A stretch of 62,840 bases of DNA, the filler included. It is 20 parts of 20 records of this genome, joined end to end, with 100 filler letters (N's around TTAATTAATTAA, not from the genome) between each part and the next. Parts side by side here need not be neighbours in the genome. Positions count along the whole stretch, not along the records: positions 22,057 to 29,909 come from SRR16133337_27823; positions 30,010 to 36,033 come from SRR16133337_27987; 18 more parts are not named here. The stretch is one strand, 5' to 3'. Within the stretch, counting starts at the first letter, position 1, and each line of letters begins with the position of its first letter. A program made the position numbers and the translations under genes. The notes under the pieces were generated by a model. That model ran no database searches, had not been told where the DNA came from, and worked only from the letters and a program-made list of their open reading frames with translations. Shown here piece by piece: positions 22,232 to 32,697 of this stretch.

Positions 22232-23488
22232 ATGAAAGAAATCATATTAAAAGTAGAAAATCTCTCCAAACAATACCGTTTAGGAACTATAGGAACAGGT
22301 ACCATCAGTCATGATTTAAACAGATGGTGGCATAAAATTAGAGGCAAAGAAGACCCCTTTTTAAAGATTGGAGAATCAAATGACAGAGCGATAAAAGGAA
22401 CTTCTGAATATGTTTGGGCTTTAAAAGATATTCATTTTGAAGTGAAGAAAGGGGAAGTATTAGGGATTATTGGGAAAAATGGAGCAGGAAAATCGACACT
22501 GCTAAAAATATTGTCCAAAGTGACAGGACCTACCACAGGTTCTATAAAAGCCAATGGACGTATCGCTTCCTTATTAGAAGTAGGAACAGGCTTTCATCCT
22601 GAAATGACGGGAAAAGAAAATATCTTTTTAAACGGAGCGATTTTAGGAATGACCAAAAAAGAAATTGCAGATAAGCTAGAGGAAATCATAGAATTTTCGG
22701 GTTGTGAACGTTATATAGACACCCCCGTAAAACGCTATTCCAGTGGGATGAAAGTCCGTTTGGCATTTGCGGTGGCGGCATTTTTAGAACCTGATATTTT
22801 GGTGGTTGATGAGGTGTTGGCGGTTGGGGATGCTGAATTTCAGAAAAAGGCGATTGGGAAAATGCAGGATATTTCTACTACTGATGGAAGAACGGTTTTG
22901 TTTGTGAGTCATGATATGACGGCAATACAGGTACTTTGTAAAAAGGCTCTTTTATTAGAGCATGGTAAAATGTTGATAATTGACAAAACAGAAAATGTTT
23001 TAAAAGAATATCTAATAAATGTAAATAGCCGATTGACTTCTGATCTTATAGTTGAGAAGCCAAAGGTTATAAGAAGGATAGTAATAAATGGTAATGAAAA
23101 GAGAGAGGTGTATTCGGGAGAAGAATTTAAGTTTTCGGTTTATTTTGATAACAAAAATTTAGAATATGTTACTTTAGGTTATTTAATAAGAGATGAAAAA
23201 AGAAGAAATATACATGCTGCTAATATGCAGCAGTATAATAAAAAGGTAAAAACAGCAGGAAGAATAAACAAGATTGAAGTAAGTATTGATAATATTCCTT
23301 TGATCCCAGGAAATTATTATCTGTCTGTTTATTTAGGCAATGGGTCATATGATATTGATATTATAGAAGAAGCCGTTTTGTTTTCAATATTTTGGAAAAA
23401 AAATACTGAAGTCATCAAACCAAGGGATAAGTGGGGAATAGTATATGCTAAAACAAATTGGAATTATTATAACTATGAGGAAAATTAA
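22232..23488 (+). CDS. wzt: Polysaccharide ABC exporter ATP-binding subunit with C-terminal Wzt domain
   Basis: Walker A GKNGAGKST, signature YSSGM, Walker B LVVDE, VGDAEFQKK; C-terminal LIPGNYYL motif. Confidence 0.92.
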   Translation: MKEIILKVENLSKQYRLGTIGTGTISHDLNRWWHKIRGKEDPFLKIGESNDRAIKGTSEYVWALKDIHFEVKKGEVLGIIGKNGAGKSTLLKILSKVTGPTTGSIKANGRIASLLEVGTGFHPEMTGKENIFLNGAILGMTKKEIADKLEEIIEFSGCERYIDTPVKRYSSGMKVRLAFAVAAFLEPDILVVDEVLAVGDAEFQKKAIGKMQDISTTDGRTVLFVSHDMTAIQVLCKKALLLEHGKMLIIDKTENVLKEYLINVNSRLTSDLIVEKPKVIRRIVINGNEKREVYSGEEFKFSVYFDNKNLEYVTLGYLIRDEKRRNIHAANMQQYNKKVKTAGRINKIEVSIDNIPLIPGNYYLSVYLGNGSYDIDIIEEAVLFSIFWKKNTEVIKPRDKWGIVYAKTNWNYYNYEEN

Positions 23489-24419
23489 TATTTGTATATT
23501 GTGCGGTGGAAAAGCCCGATTACTTCAAAAAATTAGGATTGAGTTATTAGTAAAGGTTTACAAAAAGGCTATTAATATTGATGTTTCTAATCAATTTAAG
23601 AAGTTGAAAGAAATAGAATACGTAGAATGTGGTAAGTGTAAATTGAATTTTTTCGATCCAGATACAGCTGGAAGCCCTAGCTTTTATGAAGAATTACAAT
23701 TGAAAAGTGAAATCTATTACAGTCCTAATAGAAGTGAGTTTTTTTACGCAAAAAAATTTATCAGATCAAATGACAAAGTTCTTGAAATAGGATCTGGAGG
23801 TGGTTTTTTTGCCGAAAAGATTTCTAAAAATAAGTACATAGGGTTAGAGTTCAATGATAGAGCTATAAGTGATGCTCGAACAAAAGGGATTACATTAATT
23901 AAAGAAAGTATTGAAAAATATTCTAAGAGTGTTAACGATTATTTTGATATTGTTTGTTCTTTCCATGTTTTAGAACATGTTGAAAATCCCTTTGAATTCA
24001 TTAGATCATCTTTAGACGTTTTAAAAAAAAGAGGAAAACTTATAATAACTGTCCCTTGTTGTGATTCAATTTATACGAATAATGTAAACCATACTCTAAA
24101 TCTTCCTCCACACCATATTAGTAGGTGGAAAATAAGCACTATGAAAAACCTAGAAACAATTTATAATATTAAACTTATAGATTATAAAGTAGATGATACC
24201 AATGGAACTAATGATAAAAAAAGATATTTTGTAGAATTTATTACAAATAAGATAATCAATATGTTCTATTCAACGGGCAGATCTGTTATTGAACCTAAGA
24301 TATACAAAGCAATAAAATTAATAGTAAGCAAAATAAATTCCAAAATAAATTTACATAAATTCTTTGATGACAATAAAGTGATTGGTAAAAACATGACTTT
24401 TATATTCGAGAAAATGTAA
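23475..24419 (+). CDS. Class I SAM-dependent methyltransferase with N-terminal CxxC motifs
   Basis: CILC...CGKC, VLEIGSGGG, FDIVCSFHVLEHV, PPHH. Confidence 0.88.
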   Translation: MRKINICILCGGKARLLQKIRIELLVKVYKKAINIDVSNQFKKLKEIEYVECGKCKLNFFDPDTAGSPSFYEELQLKSEIYYSPNRSEFFYAKKFIRSNDKVLEIGSGGGFFAEKISKNKYIGLEFNDRAISDARTKGITLIKESIEKYSKSVNDYFDIVCSFHVLEHVENPFEFIRSSLDVLKKRGKLIITVPCCDSIYTNNVNHTLNLPPHHISRWKISTMKNLETIYNIKLIDYKVDDTNGTNDKKRYFVEFITNKIINMFYSTGRSVIEPKIYKAIKLIVSKINSKINLHKFFDDNKVIGKNMTFIFEKM

Positions 24420-24677
24420 TATGTAAAAGCCATTATTTAGAGTATTGCTATTAAATTTTAAGAAAGCTATGAGTTTTTATAAAACAAAGAAGTGTTATGT
24501 GTTTAATAATTTACGATATCCTACTTTAAATTTACAAAGCATAAGATGATATATCAGGGCAAACAGATGTTAAAATTCTTGAGTTTATCATATATTTAAT
24601 TTATCGTTAAAAATCGTTATTTTATTATAAATACATTAATGATTTGATTTTTTTACAGTATTTCATATGATTTGATC

Positions 24678-24697
24678 CGTCCGTCAGCTGACGGACG
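24678..24697. repeat. Perfect 20-bp GC-rich intergenic palindrome
   Basis: CGTCCGTCAGCTGACGGACG; degenerate copy TCCGTCAGTTGATGGA at ~27225-27240. Confidence 0.7.
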
Positions 24698-24805
24698 AAT
24701 GATTTTTTAAGAAAAAATCTATCATTAAATTACTTATAATCAATGACTCAACACATAATTCGTTTGCCTTGGATAGTATATGCGAATAAAACTTTTTAAT
24801 TTAAG

Positions 24806-25951
24806 ATGAAAATACTCCTTATTTCAATGCCGTCAATACATGCAATTCGTTGGATAGAAAATTTACAGGATACTTTTTTTGAATTGTATTGGTTTGATAT
24901 TTTAAAAAGAGGAAAGATGGACGTATTTTCTTCAGTTTATCAAATTACAGATTGGGGAAAAAGAAAAGTTCCTTATATAAAAGGAGAGTACAGATTATCT
25001 AAATATTTTCCTGATTTCTATTATAGAGTACAACCTTTTCTTGAAGTTATACCTAATGAAGTATTAGAAAAGATTATTAGAGAAATTCAACCCGATTTAG
25101 TTCATAGTTTCGAAATGCAAAGTTGTAGTTACCCGATAGTGAAAACAATGAAAAAATATCCAAAGATTAAATGGTTGTACTCTTGTTGGGGGAATGATTT
25201 GTTTTATTATCAAAACGATATTAAACACAAGAGAAAAATTAAAGCTGCTCTAAAACGGGTTGATTATCTGCATACAGATTGTATGCGTGATTATCAATTA
25301 GCGAAACAATTAGGATTTAAAGGAAAACATTTGGGTATTATACCTGGAGGTGGCGGATTTGATTTAGAAAAATTACATCTTTATAAAAAAGATCTTAGCC
25401 AGAGAAAAATAATTTTAGTAAAAGGTTATGAGCATAAATTTGGTAGAGGGCTGAATATAATAAAAGCATTGATACAAATTAGTGCTAAGCTAAAAGAATA
25501 CGAGATAATTATTTTTGGAGCACACCAAATAGTTATCGATTATATTGTAAAACATCAACTTCCGTTTACTTATTATTATAAACATCAACTTTCTCAAGAA
25601 AAAGTATTGAAATTAATGGGTAGAGTTTTGGTCTATGTAGGGAATAGCATTTCTGATGGTATGCCCAATACGATGTTGGAAGCAATTGCAATGGGAGCTT
25701 TTCCTATTCAATCAAACCCAGGAGGAGTCTCTTCAGAAATCATTAAACCTAATATTAATGGTTTGTTGATAGAAAATCCTTTATGTGTTGGTGAAATTGC
25801 TTTACACATAGAAAATGCAATAAGAAATAAGCAATTATTAAATAATGCCTTTAACTATAATATTAAATTTGCACAAGATAATTTAGATAAGAATCTAATA
25901 AAAACTAAAATAGTTCAATTATATAAATCAATAAAAGACACTATCCCGTAA
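24806..25951 (+). CDS. GT-B (family 4-like) glycosyltransferase
   Basis: SISDGMPNTMLEAIAMGAFPIQSNPGG motif; capsule-cluster context. Confidence 0.88.
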   Translation: MKILLISMPSIHAIRWIENLQDTFFELYWFDILKRGKMDVFSSVYQITDWGKRKVPYIKGEYRLSKYFPDFYYRVQPFLEVIPNEVLEKIIREIQPDLVHSFEMQSCSYPIVKTMKKYPKIKWLYSCWGNDLFYYQNDIKHKRKIKAALKRVDYLHTDCMRDYQLAKQLGFKGKHLGIIPGGGGFDLEKLHLYKKDLSQRKIILVKGYEHKFGRGLNIIKALIQISAKLKEYEIIIFGAHQIVIDYIVKHQLPFTYYYKHQLSQEKVLKLMGRVLVYVGNSISDGMPNTMLEAIAMGAFPIQSNPGGVSSEIIKPNINGLLIENPLCVGEIALHIENAIRNKQLLNNAFNYNIKFAQDNLDKNLIKTKIVQLYKSIKDTIP

Positions 25952-26057
25952 AGTGTGTAAATTAAAAAATAATAGCGGGTTAAATTAATTCCTAAATTTA
26001 AACCTTGCATTTGATACTTGAATCTACAATTCTTGATACTTGAATCTATAATTTATA

Positions 26058-27035
26058 ATGCGAACAACCCCAAACCCAGAAAAATCCAAGTTTACAGAGT
26101 TGGTATATAAAAAACACCGAATGATCATTCCCGTTTCCATTCCAGAGACGAAAGACGCTTATTTTTCCGATCTGTTTGAAGTTTTTAAGTTGAGCATTTA
26201 TTCGCTTTTAAATACGGTCAATACTTTAAATACGGTGATTACGGTGATCAATAACCATTGCAAACGAGAAGTTACAGACTATGTAGACGACCTGGTAAGA
26301 GATAAAAAAATAGACAAGCATATCAAGCTCTCTTCAAACCACGGAAAGGTATATACTGTAGTTGCCGAAGCAAAAGGAGTATATGAACCTTATGTTACCA
26401 TTGCAGATGCAGATGTGTTTTATTTTAACGATTGGGAAGAAGAGGTTTTTAAGATCTTTCGTACCTTTCCTAAAGCTGGGGTTGTCGCTCCTGTACCTGC
26501 CCCACATTTAGCGACCTACAATAACGTTTCATTGATCGTAGGACGTTTTTTTAAGTTAAAAAGAGGAAGTGTTGTGTCAAAGAGATCCTTTGATCTTTTT
26601 GCAAAAGGGATCAATAAAGACCCCATGTTTTTTAAACGTAAGAGATATGATTGGAATCAATCGCAATTTTACCTCGAAAGAGAAGGGGTAAAAGCATGTA
26701 TAGGAGCCGGGCACTTTATCGCTACTTATAAGAGGGAAGTCTTTGATAAAATCCCGTTTCAAAAGCCGCGGTATATCTTTAAAAATGGAGATGAAAGTCG
26801 TTATATAGATGCCCCTATAGATCGATTGGGCTACTACCGCTTATCGACAATAGACGCTTATGCTTATCATTTAGGGAACACCATTCCTAATTGGGCATAT
26901 AAACATACCTTTAAAAAAAATAACTTTGTATTGGAGGAAAAACACCGGGATAGATCGGTTGTTAGAAGATGTTTTTTTTCTTTTCAAATAAAAAAAATAC
27001 TATACCTCATGCTTAAAAAAATCAACGCAATATAA
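26058..27035 (+). CDS. GT-A (family 2-like) glycosyltransferase
   Basis: ITVINN...NHGKV...YVTIADADV (DxD motif). Confidence 0.8.
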   Translation: MRTTPNPEKSKFTELVYKKHRMIIPVSIPETKDAYFSDLFEVFKLSIYSLLNTVNTLNTVITVINNHCKREVTDYVDDLVRDKKIDKHIKLSSNHGKVYTVVAEAKGVYEPYVTIADADVFYFNDWEEEVFKIFRTFPKAGVVAPVPAPHLATYNNVSLIVGRFFKLKRGSVVSKRSFDLFAKGINKDPMFFKRKRYDWNQSQFYLEREGVKACIGAGHFIATYKREVFDKIPFQKPRYIFKNGDESRYIDAPIDRLGYYRLSTIDAYAYHLGNTIPNWAYKHTFKKNNFVLEEKHRDRSVVRRCFFSFQIKKILYLMLKKINAI

Positions 27036-27413
27036 AAATTTGGATTTCTAAGTATTTGGAGTACATATTTATAAACGTTTGTACGGTACTTTTAAAAAAT
27101 GTATGAAAATGCGTAATAAATGGCACTTTGTGAACTTTGTGTACTCCCTTAGTGTTCTTTGTGGTTTCATAAAACAAACGGAGACAGTGTCGCATTTCCA
27201 TACCGTTGGCGGAAAAGAAAAGTATCCGTCAGTTGATGGAAGGACGGTGTGCAATACCCAACTGTTTGATAACCAACTTTACTGGCGAACCGAAAGAATG
27301 ATCGAGATATAAAATAACTAAAATTGAACTTTATCATAAAAACAAATTGCTTTTTTTCGTGGACGATGAGAAATTTATAAGACAAACCTAACCTTAAATG
27401 ACGATTACAGCAG

Positions 27414-29045
27414 ATGAACATATTGAAGCACTTTATAAAACTATGTCATGAGTTCCTTCTCAAAAATAGCCCTACACTAAAAATAATAGGGTTTATAGTT
27501 ATCATCAATCTACTTATCTATCTGATAAACAAATTCGAATACCAAAGAGGAGGCATGGGTAATTCGATCTATTTTTTAAAATTAGAGGTCCCATTTATAG
27601 CGCTGTTCATCCTTGTTGCTCTTTCGGTCTTAAAAAACAAAGTGTCCTCTTTTTTGATAACCTCTGTTCCTTTGGTACTGTTTTATGTTTTCTCTAATGA
27701 ATATTTTATCTATTTTAAGAGGATATTCCGTATATCAGACCTTCACGAAGTCCCGGAATTAGTAAGTGTTTTAACCCTTAGCGAAGTTGCTATCGCAATA
27801 TCTTTATTTGTTTTATTTTTTTTAGCATTCATCATTCATATTGATAGAAATAAGATAAGGAAACCCTTATTTCTTTGCCTTGGGATCTTTTTCTTTGTTC
27901 TTTCCGTAAAGATAAAGCCTGCCGTTTACTTGAAGATCTATGATGTTTTAGAATTTGAATACGTGCCTTGTGATCTTAAGTATACGGCTAGAAATAATGG
28001 TTACATCAATTTATTGATCTATAACGAAGCCAAGAGAAATCACGCATTAAATTCTTTAAAAGATGATTTTTCCGATCTGGAAATCAAGACCCAAAAAATA
28101 AGCGCAAAAAGAGAGTTAAACAATGTTCACCTGATCGTTTTGGAGAGTTTTTACGACCCTTATACATTTGAAGAATTGACCTTTTCATCTACGCCGGTCA
28201 GCCCGAGTTTCTCCGCTATTTTTAAAGGAAGAGAAAACAGTTCCATCTCTCCCGTATATGCGGGAGGTACTGCACAAGCGGAGTTTGAGTTGTTGTGTGG
28301 GGTTCCAGCCCTTTATCGATACGGTTCTATTGAATTTAATTTGTTTACGGGTGCTCAAACCGATTGCCTACCCAATATATTAAGATCAATCGGATATAAA
28401 ACAATTGCGACCAATGCTTTTAAAGCAGAAACGTTTAACTCGTTTAATGCCTATAAAGGTTGTGGGTTTGAAAAACAATTTTACATCGATGGAAAAACGT
28501 ATCTCAAAAAACAAAAAGAAGATCGGTTCCTGTTTGATGGCGATTTGTTGGAGCAAAATTTAATTTTTTTAGACAGTGTTGTTTTAAAAGCTATTCCGCA
28601 ACCTATATTTAATTATGTCTTGGGCATGTACGGACATTCGCCAAATACCTTAGATAAAGAAAGGCATCCTAAAATAATCGACGTCAAGTACGATAACCAT
28701 AAGGTCGATGATAAGTTTGAAAGGTCTGTAAATCAAGTGTATTACAGAACTCAGGCTTTAGCTAAATACATTACTGAATTAAATAGAATTGATCCTAATT
28801 CGATGCTGATCATCATAGGAGATCATTTACCCAACATTCCGAATATAGAAAAATACGGTCATCATAATCCTAGAGAGACCAGGGTTTATATAATGAACAA
28901 GGGGATCCCTGTAAAACTTCCCAAAGTGATCCATCACTACGATATACCTCAAATTATTTTACGGAATAGTACAAGTAATGAATACCTTAAAGAGGTAGAT
29001 TTAAACGACAGATACAAAGAGATCATCTATCAGGCAATCAAATAA
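27414..29045 (+). CDS. LTA synthase / sulfatase-family membrane phosphotransferase
   Basis: N-terminal TM helices; LIVLESF, GGTAQAEFELL (catalytic Thr region), YGHSP, IIGDHLP. Confidence 0.85.
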   Translation: MNILKHFIKLCHEFLLKNSPTLKIIGFIVIINLLIYLINKFEYQRGGMGNSIYFLKLEVPFIALFILVALSVLKNKVSSFLITSVPLVLFYVFSNEYFIYFKRIFRISDLHEVPELVSVLTLSEVAIAISLFVLFFLAFIIHIDRNKIRKPLFLCLGIFFFVLSVKIKPAVYLKIYDVLEFEYVPCDLKYTARNNGYINLLIYNEAKRNHALNSLKDDFSDLEIKTQKISAKRELNNVHLIVLESFYDPYTFEELTFSSTPVSPSFSAIFKGRENSSISPVYAGGTAQAEFELLCGVPALYRYGSIEFNLFTGAQTDCLPNILRSIGYKTIATNAFKAETFNSFNAYKGCGFEKQFYIDGKTYLKKQKEDRFLFDGDLLEQNLIFLDSVVLKAIPQPIFNYVLGMYGHSPNTLDKERHPKIIDVKYDNHKVDDKFERSVNQVYYRTQALAKYITELNRIDPNSMLIIIGDHLPNIPNIEKYGHHNPRETRVYIMNKGIPVKLPKVIHHYDIPQIILRNSTSNEYLKEVDLNDRYKEIIYQAIK

Positions 29046-29054
29046 TCAGAAAAA

Positions 29055-29861
29055 ATGAAGAAAACGATCCATAAGAGATATAAAAGATTTATTCTCTTTA
29101 TCATCAGTATTTTTATCATTGGACTAATGTTCATCCTGTACATAGACTACAAGACGACAAACCTGTCTAAAAATACCAGATTCTCAAGTTCTGAATTAAA
29201 GATTTGGGCACACGCGGGCTATTATGAAGATACGAACTTTACCCAAAACACCGTAGAGAGTTTTAACAACGCATTAAAGAATCGAGCTGTTGGCACCGAA
29301 CTCGATGTATTTTATGATGAGAACAAAAGCACATTCGTTGTTTCTCATGACTTTCCGTATAAGCTACACGATGGAAACGTATTGTTGCTAGATTCCGTTT
29401 TTAAAAGATTTGGGAATAAGTTTAAGTATTGGTTGGACTTTAAGAATCTAAAAGACCTAACATTCGATCAAACCAAAGATTCATACCGCGTATTGGAAGA
29501 CATTGTAAAAAGAGAACGGATAAACAAGCGTAGTATTTTAGTTGAATCGACACAGTTGTCGAATCTACAGTTTTATACAAAACGAGGTTTTTATACGAGC
29601 TGGTGGATAACTCCTTACAAATCGAGATATAGATCGATCGTACGAAATTATAAATACAAGTTCTATTATGTATTAGGAAAGTACTCATCCATTTCGATGC
29701 CCTATAAATATTACACCCGCGTTGAGCGATCCCTAAATGAGATACCCATCAATCTTTTTACGGTTAATGATCAAAGAAAAGTACTATCTTTCCTGAGCAA
29801 TAAAAACGTACAGATTATACTATCCGATAAAAACTGGTTTTCCTTAGAAGGAGCATTGTGA
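29055..29861 (+). CDS. Glycerophosphodiester phosphodiesterase-like membrane-anchored protein
   Basis: N-terminal TM; IWAHAG...QNTVESF...GTELDV...VVSHD...WLDFK. Confidence 0.75.
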   Translation: MKKTIHKRYKRFILFIISIFIIGLMFILYIDYKTTNLSKNTRFSSSELKIWAHAGYYEDTNFTQNTVESFNNALKNRAVGTELDVFYDENKSTFVVSHDFPYKLHDGNVLLLDSVFKRFGNKFKYWLDFKNLKDLTFDQTKDSYRVLEDIVKRERINKRSILVESTQLSNLQFYTKRGFYTSWWITPYKSRYRSIVRNYKYKFYYVLGKYSSISMPYKYYTRVERSLNEIPINLFTVNDQRKVLSFLSNKNVQIILSDKNWFSLEGAL

Positions 29862-30084
29862 ACATTAGTCCGTATTTTTTTATAGAGGTGTAAAGATTAT
29901 TACTTATCTNNNNNNNNNNNNNNNNNNNNNNNNNNNNNNNNNNNNNNNNNNNNTTAATTAATTAANNNNNNNNNNNNNNNNNNNNNNNNNNNNNNNNNNN
30001 NNNNNNNNNTGTTTTTAAATAGTTCTGCCATTATTATAATTCTCTCACCCCTCTTTTTAAATTTCTAAAAGACAAATTGTTATT

Positions 30085-30819
30085 TTATTTTTCCGTATCA
30101 ATTACTATGTTTAAATGCATAAACTGCATTGTAGATTCATCTATCATTTCAAAATATTTCTGGCAAGTTTCACTTTTAAGTACTTCTTTCGCAGCTTTTT
30201 CAGCATTTTCTACGTTTGTCCAATATACTAAGTCCATCCATTTACCTTCTTTGGACAGAGTAAGTTTTCTGCTGATATACCCATCAAATTTTTCTAATAT
30301 AGTATTGAGTGATTTTCCTGCTTTTATAACATCTTTTTCAGAGTAATCTGGTTTTATGTCAAATAATACCAACTCCATTATCTTTGCTTTTCCATTTTTG
30401 GGTAATGTATTTATTACGGGAGATGAAATTATAAAAGTTGAATTATCTTCCTCCATGGTAGCAAAAAACTTTTGACAAGTTTCACTTTTAAGTTCTTTTT
30501 CGGCCGCTTCTTCAAAGGCTTTTACATCTGTATAATAGACTACATCAACCAGTAGGCTTGAATCTTGATTTGAAAATGCCCTTTTTCGTCCCATATATCC
30601 ATCAAATTTATCAACCATTGGGTCAATGGCTTTTGATAATTGAATAATTTCATTTTGATTGTACTCTGCCTTGGTTTTCGACATTATAAGGACTACTGTT
30701 CCTAATTTATCTTTATTTTGAGTGGTCATTTTTACTTGATTTGATTCCACTTTTGTTTTGTTTTGACCGCCACAACTAAACAAAGCTATGATTGTAAGTG
30801 CGATTAATAATTTCTTCAT
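30085..30819 (-). CDS. Lipoprotein with two tandem ABM/Dabb-like domains
   Basis: Signal MKKLLIALTIIALFS-C; internal duplication KFDGYMGRK...AAEKELKSETCQKFF / KFDGYISRK...AAKEVLKSETCQKYF. Confidence 0.7.
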   Translation of the reverse strand: MKKLLIALTIIALFSCGGQNKTKVESNQVKMTTQNKDKLGTVVLIMSKTKAEYNQNEIIQLSKAIDPMVDKFDGYMGRKRAFSNQDSSLLVDVVYYTDVKAFEEAAEKELKSETCQKFFATMEEDNSTFIISSPVINTLPKNGKAKIMELVLFDIKPDYSEKDVIKAGKSLNTILEKFDGYISRKLTLSKEGKWMDLVYWTNVENAEKAAKEVLKSETCQKYFEMIDESTMQFMHLNIVIDTEK

Positions 30820-30846
30820 TTTAAATTGTTTTAATTTATTCTGAAG

Positions 30847-30881
30847 CAAAAGTAGAAAGGTCAGGTGACAGCAGTATGTCA
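30847..30881 (-). promoter_or_regulatory. Bacteroidota -7 promoter box plus TGACA-N6-TGTCA palindrome (probable WYL-regulator site)
   Basis: TACTTTTG (TAnnTTTG) on the minus strand at 30847-30854; TGACAGCAGTATGTCA at 30866-30881 overlapping the WYL stop codon. Confidence 0.65.
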
Positions 30882-31568
30882 ACTATGTTTAATTATTTCA
30901 TTAAAATAATTTTGAAGGTTAAAATCTTGTTGATATTCAAATGTCTGCGAAGTTTTATTTATTTTTAAAATTCTATCTAATCTAAATTCTCTAATTCTAT
31001 TTCTTAATTTACAATACGCAATCATTATCCACGCTTTATCGGTATAATAAGCTCCCAAAGGTTCAACTTCTCTTATGGTTTGTTCGTCTTTATAAATTGA
31101 ATGGTAAGTAATTTCAAGAATATATGCATTTGTAATAGATTTTTGAATTATTGACAACCAATTGCTTTCAAATACTTCTTTTTTTGATGAAGGTTCTATT
31201 CTATCTGTCAATTTTGAAATGTTGTCTTTTTCAAAATTTCTTAATGTAGACTTAACTTTGGTAACTATTGAATTAAAATCTTTTTTTAGCGAGCTGTCTC
31301 CTTGATTTGAGATTAATTTTTCGGAAACTATTAATGCGTTTGCCTCTTCCTCAGTAATCATTATTGGTGGTAACGAATAACCATCTACTATAAAATACCC
31401 AACCCCATTTTCTGAACCAATTGGCACTCCAGACTCCTGTAATGTTTTAATATCTCGATAAACTGTTCGTAAACTAATTTCAAATCTATCTGCAATTTCT
31501 TTGGCTGTTACAATTTTTTTAGATTGTAATTGAGTTAGAATTGATGTTATTCGAGTTAGTCTGTTCAT
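30879..31568 (-). CDS. YafY-family wHTH-WYL transcriptional regulator
   Basis: TAKEIADRFEISLRTVYRDIKTL (HTH_11); REVEP...WIMIAYC...REFRLDRI (WYL). Confidence 0.93.
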   Translation of the reverse strand: MNRLTRITSILTQLQSKKIVTAKEIADRFEISLRTVYRDIKTLQESGVPIGSENGVGYFIVDGYSLPPIMITEEEANALIVSEKLISNQGDSSLKKDFNSIVTKVKSTLRNFEKDNISKLTDRIEPSSKKEVFESNWLSIIQKSITNAYILEITYHSIYKDEQTIREVEPLGAYYTDKAWIMIAYCKLRNRIREFRLDRILKINKTSQTFEYQQDFNLQNYFNEIIKHS

Positions 31569-31581
31569 TTTTTGTAATTGG

Positions 31582-31751
31582 GCATAACGGTTTGTGTATG
31601 AGTAGTAGCGGATTTATTCACTAATTTTCAGTTTTACACAGACCTTTATGTACTATTCGTTTTACCCCCCCCTATAATCTGAGCTAAACATAAAACTTAA
31701 ATCGTTATTTATAGTAGGAGCGAAGCAATTAATTATAAGCCGGTGTTGGGC
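31582..31751 (-). repeat. attC-like recombination site B (170 bp)
   Basis: In gene orientation: GCCCAAC (R''-like, RYYYAAC) ... CATACACAAACC GTTATGC (R'-like), ending 13 nt before the WYL ATG. Confidence 0.6.
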
Positions 31752-31827
31752 AGAGTTATTTTTCTCCCTAGTTTTACTCAACTGTGATAGTCAATTTATT
31801 TTTCTGATTTTAAAAATGGTGTAATTT

Positions 31828-32679
31828 TTAAAACGGCGCCTCATCAGGTTGTTCAATTGAATTTTTTACATATTCTAATAATTCGCGTTTTGTTCTAAAA
31901 ATTTCTGTAATTTCACTGAAACTATTCATAAATTCAAATAATTCATTTTCTAAACCAGCATCTTTAACTTCATATTCATTAATCAGATTATTATTTTCTA
32001 CAAATTCATGTAATCGAGTATTGTATATTCTGTATTTAATTTCATTTTTATTGAAATACTTATCTAATTCTAAGTTACGATTATTTTCACGCCTTAAAAT
32101 ATTTACTTCTTTAGCTAAAGAATTAATTGATTCTAATATATATTTATCAGAAGTAACTACTTTATCTTCAAGATTAGAAATTTTATATTCTCCAAAATGT
32201 TTTAAAAAAGTTCTGTAATTGGGGTTTTCAATTGATGCTTTATAAGTTGCTTTAATTTTTTTGGAAAGTTCTTTTTTGAATTGTACAATTGATGAAAACC
32301 TTAAATCTCTTGGATATTCTAAATGTTCAATTGGAGATGTGTCAAATGAATAATTAGTTTTATCATCTTTTATTATAATAGTTGGTTTGTCAAAAGCTAA
32401 TCGTAAGCCTAATTCAAACATCACATTCGAGTTTTTTGCACTAACATCACAAACTACTATTGGGTTTTTATATAGGTTTTGAATAATTCTTTTTTGTATT
32501 ACTCCAACATCAGTCCCATTACTAACTAAATTAGGGATAAATCCTGCTTTTGTGATTGAATCGCTTATTATTGAATTAACTTCTTTCCAGTGATCTATAG
32601 ATAATCCATCAATAACCGAAATAGGCATTATTATTCCACATTCTAATTTTTCTTCTTCAATTATTTCCTTTTCTTGCAT
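31828..32679 (-). CDS. Nucleoside 2-deoxyribosyltransferase/TIR-like domain protein
   Basis: CGIIMPIS...IVVCDVSAKNSNVMFELGLRLAFDKPTIII...SFD...HLEY pattern; likely start ATG 32679. Confidence 0.75.
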   Translation of the reverse strand: MQEKEIIEEEKLECGIIMPISVIDGLSIDHWKEVNSIISDSITKAGFIPNLVSNGTDVGVIQKRIIQNLYKNPIVVCDVSAKNSNVMFELGLRLAFDKPTIIIKDDKTNYSFDTSPIEHLEYPRDLRFSSIVQFKKELSKKIKATYKASIENPNYRTFLKHFGEYKISNLEDKVVTSDKYILESINSLAKEVNILRRENNRNLELDKYFNKNEIKYRIYNTRLHEFVENNNLINEYEVKDAGLENELFEFMNSFSEITEIFRTKRELLEYVKNSIEQPDEAPF

Positions 32680-32697
32680 TTTTTTTATTTTAATTAT

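Noticed and set aside
27079-27312. 77-aa ORF or possible structured RNA between the GT2 and LTA-synthase genes
   Set aside because: The ORF overlaps low-complexity CTTTGTG repeats and a degenerate palindrome; no recognisable RNA family.
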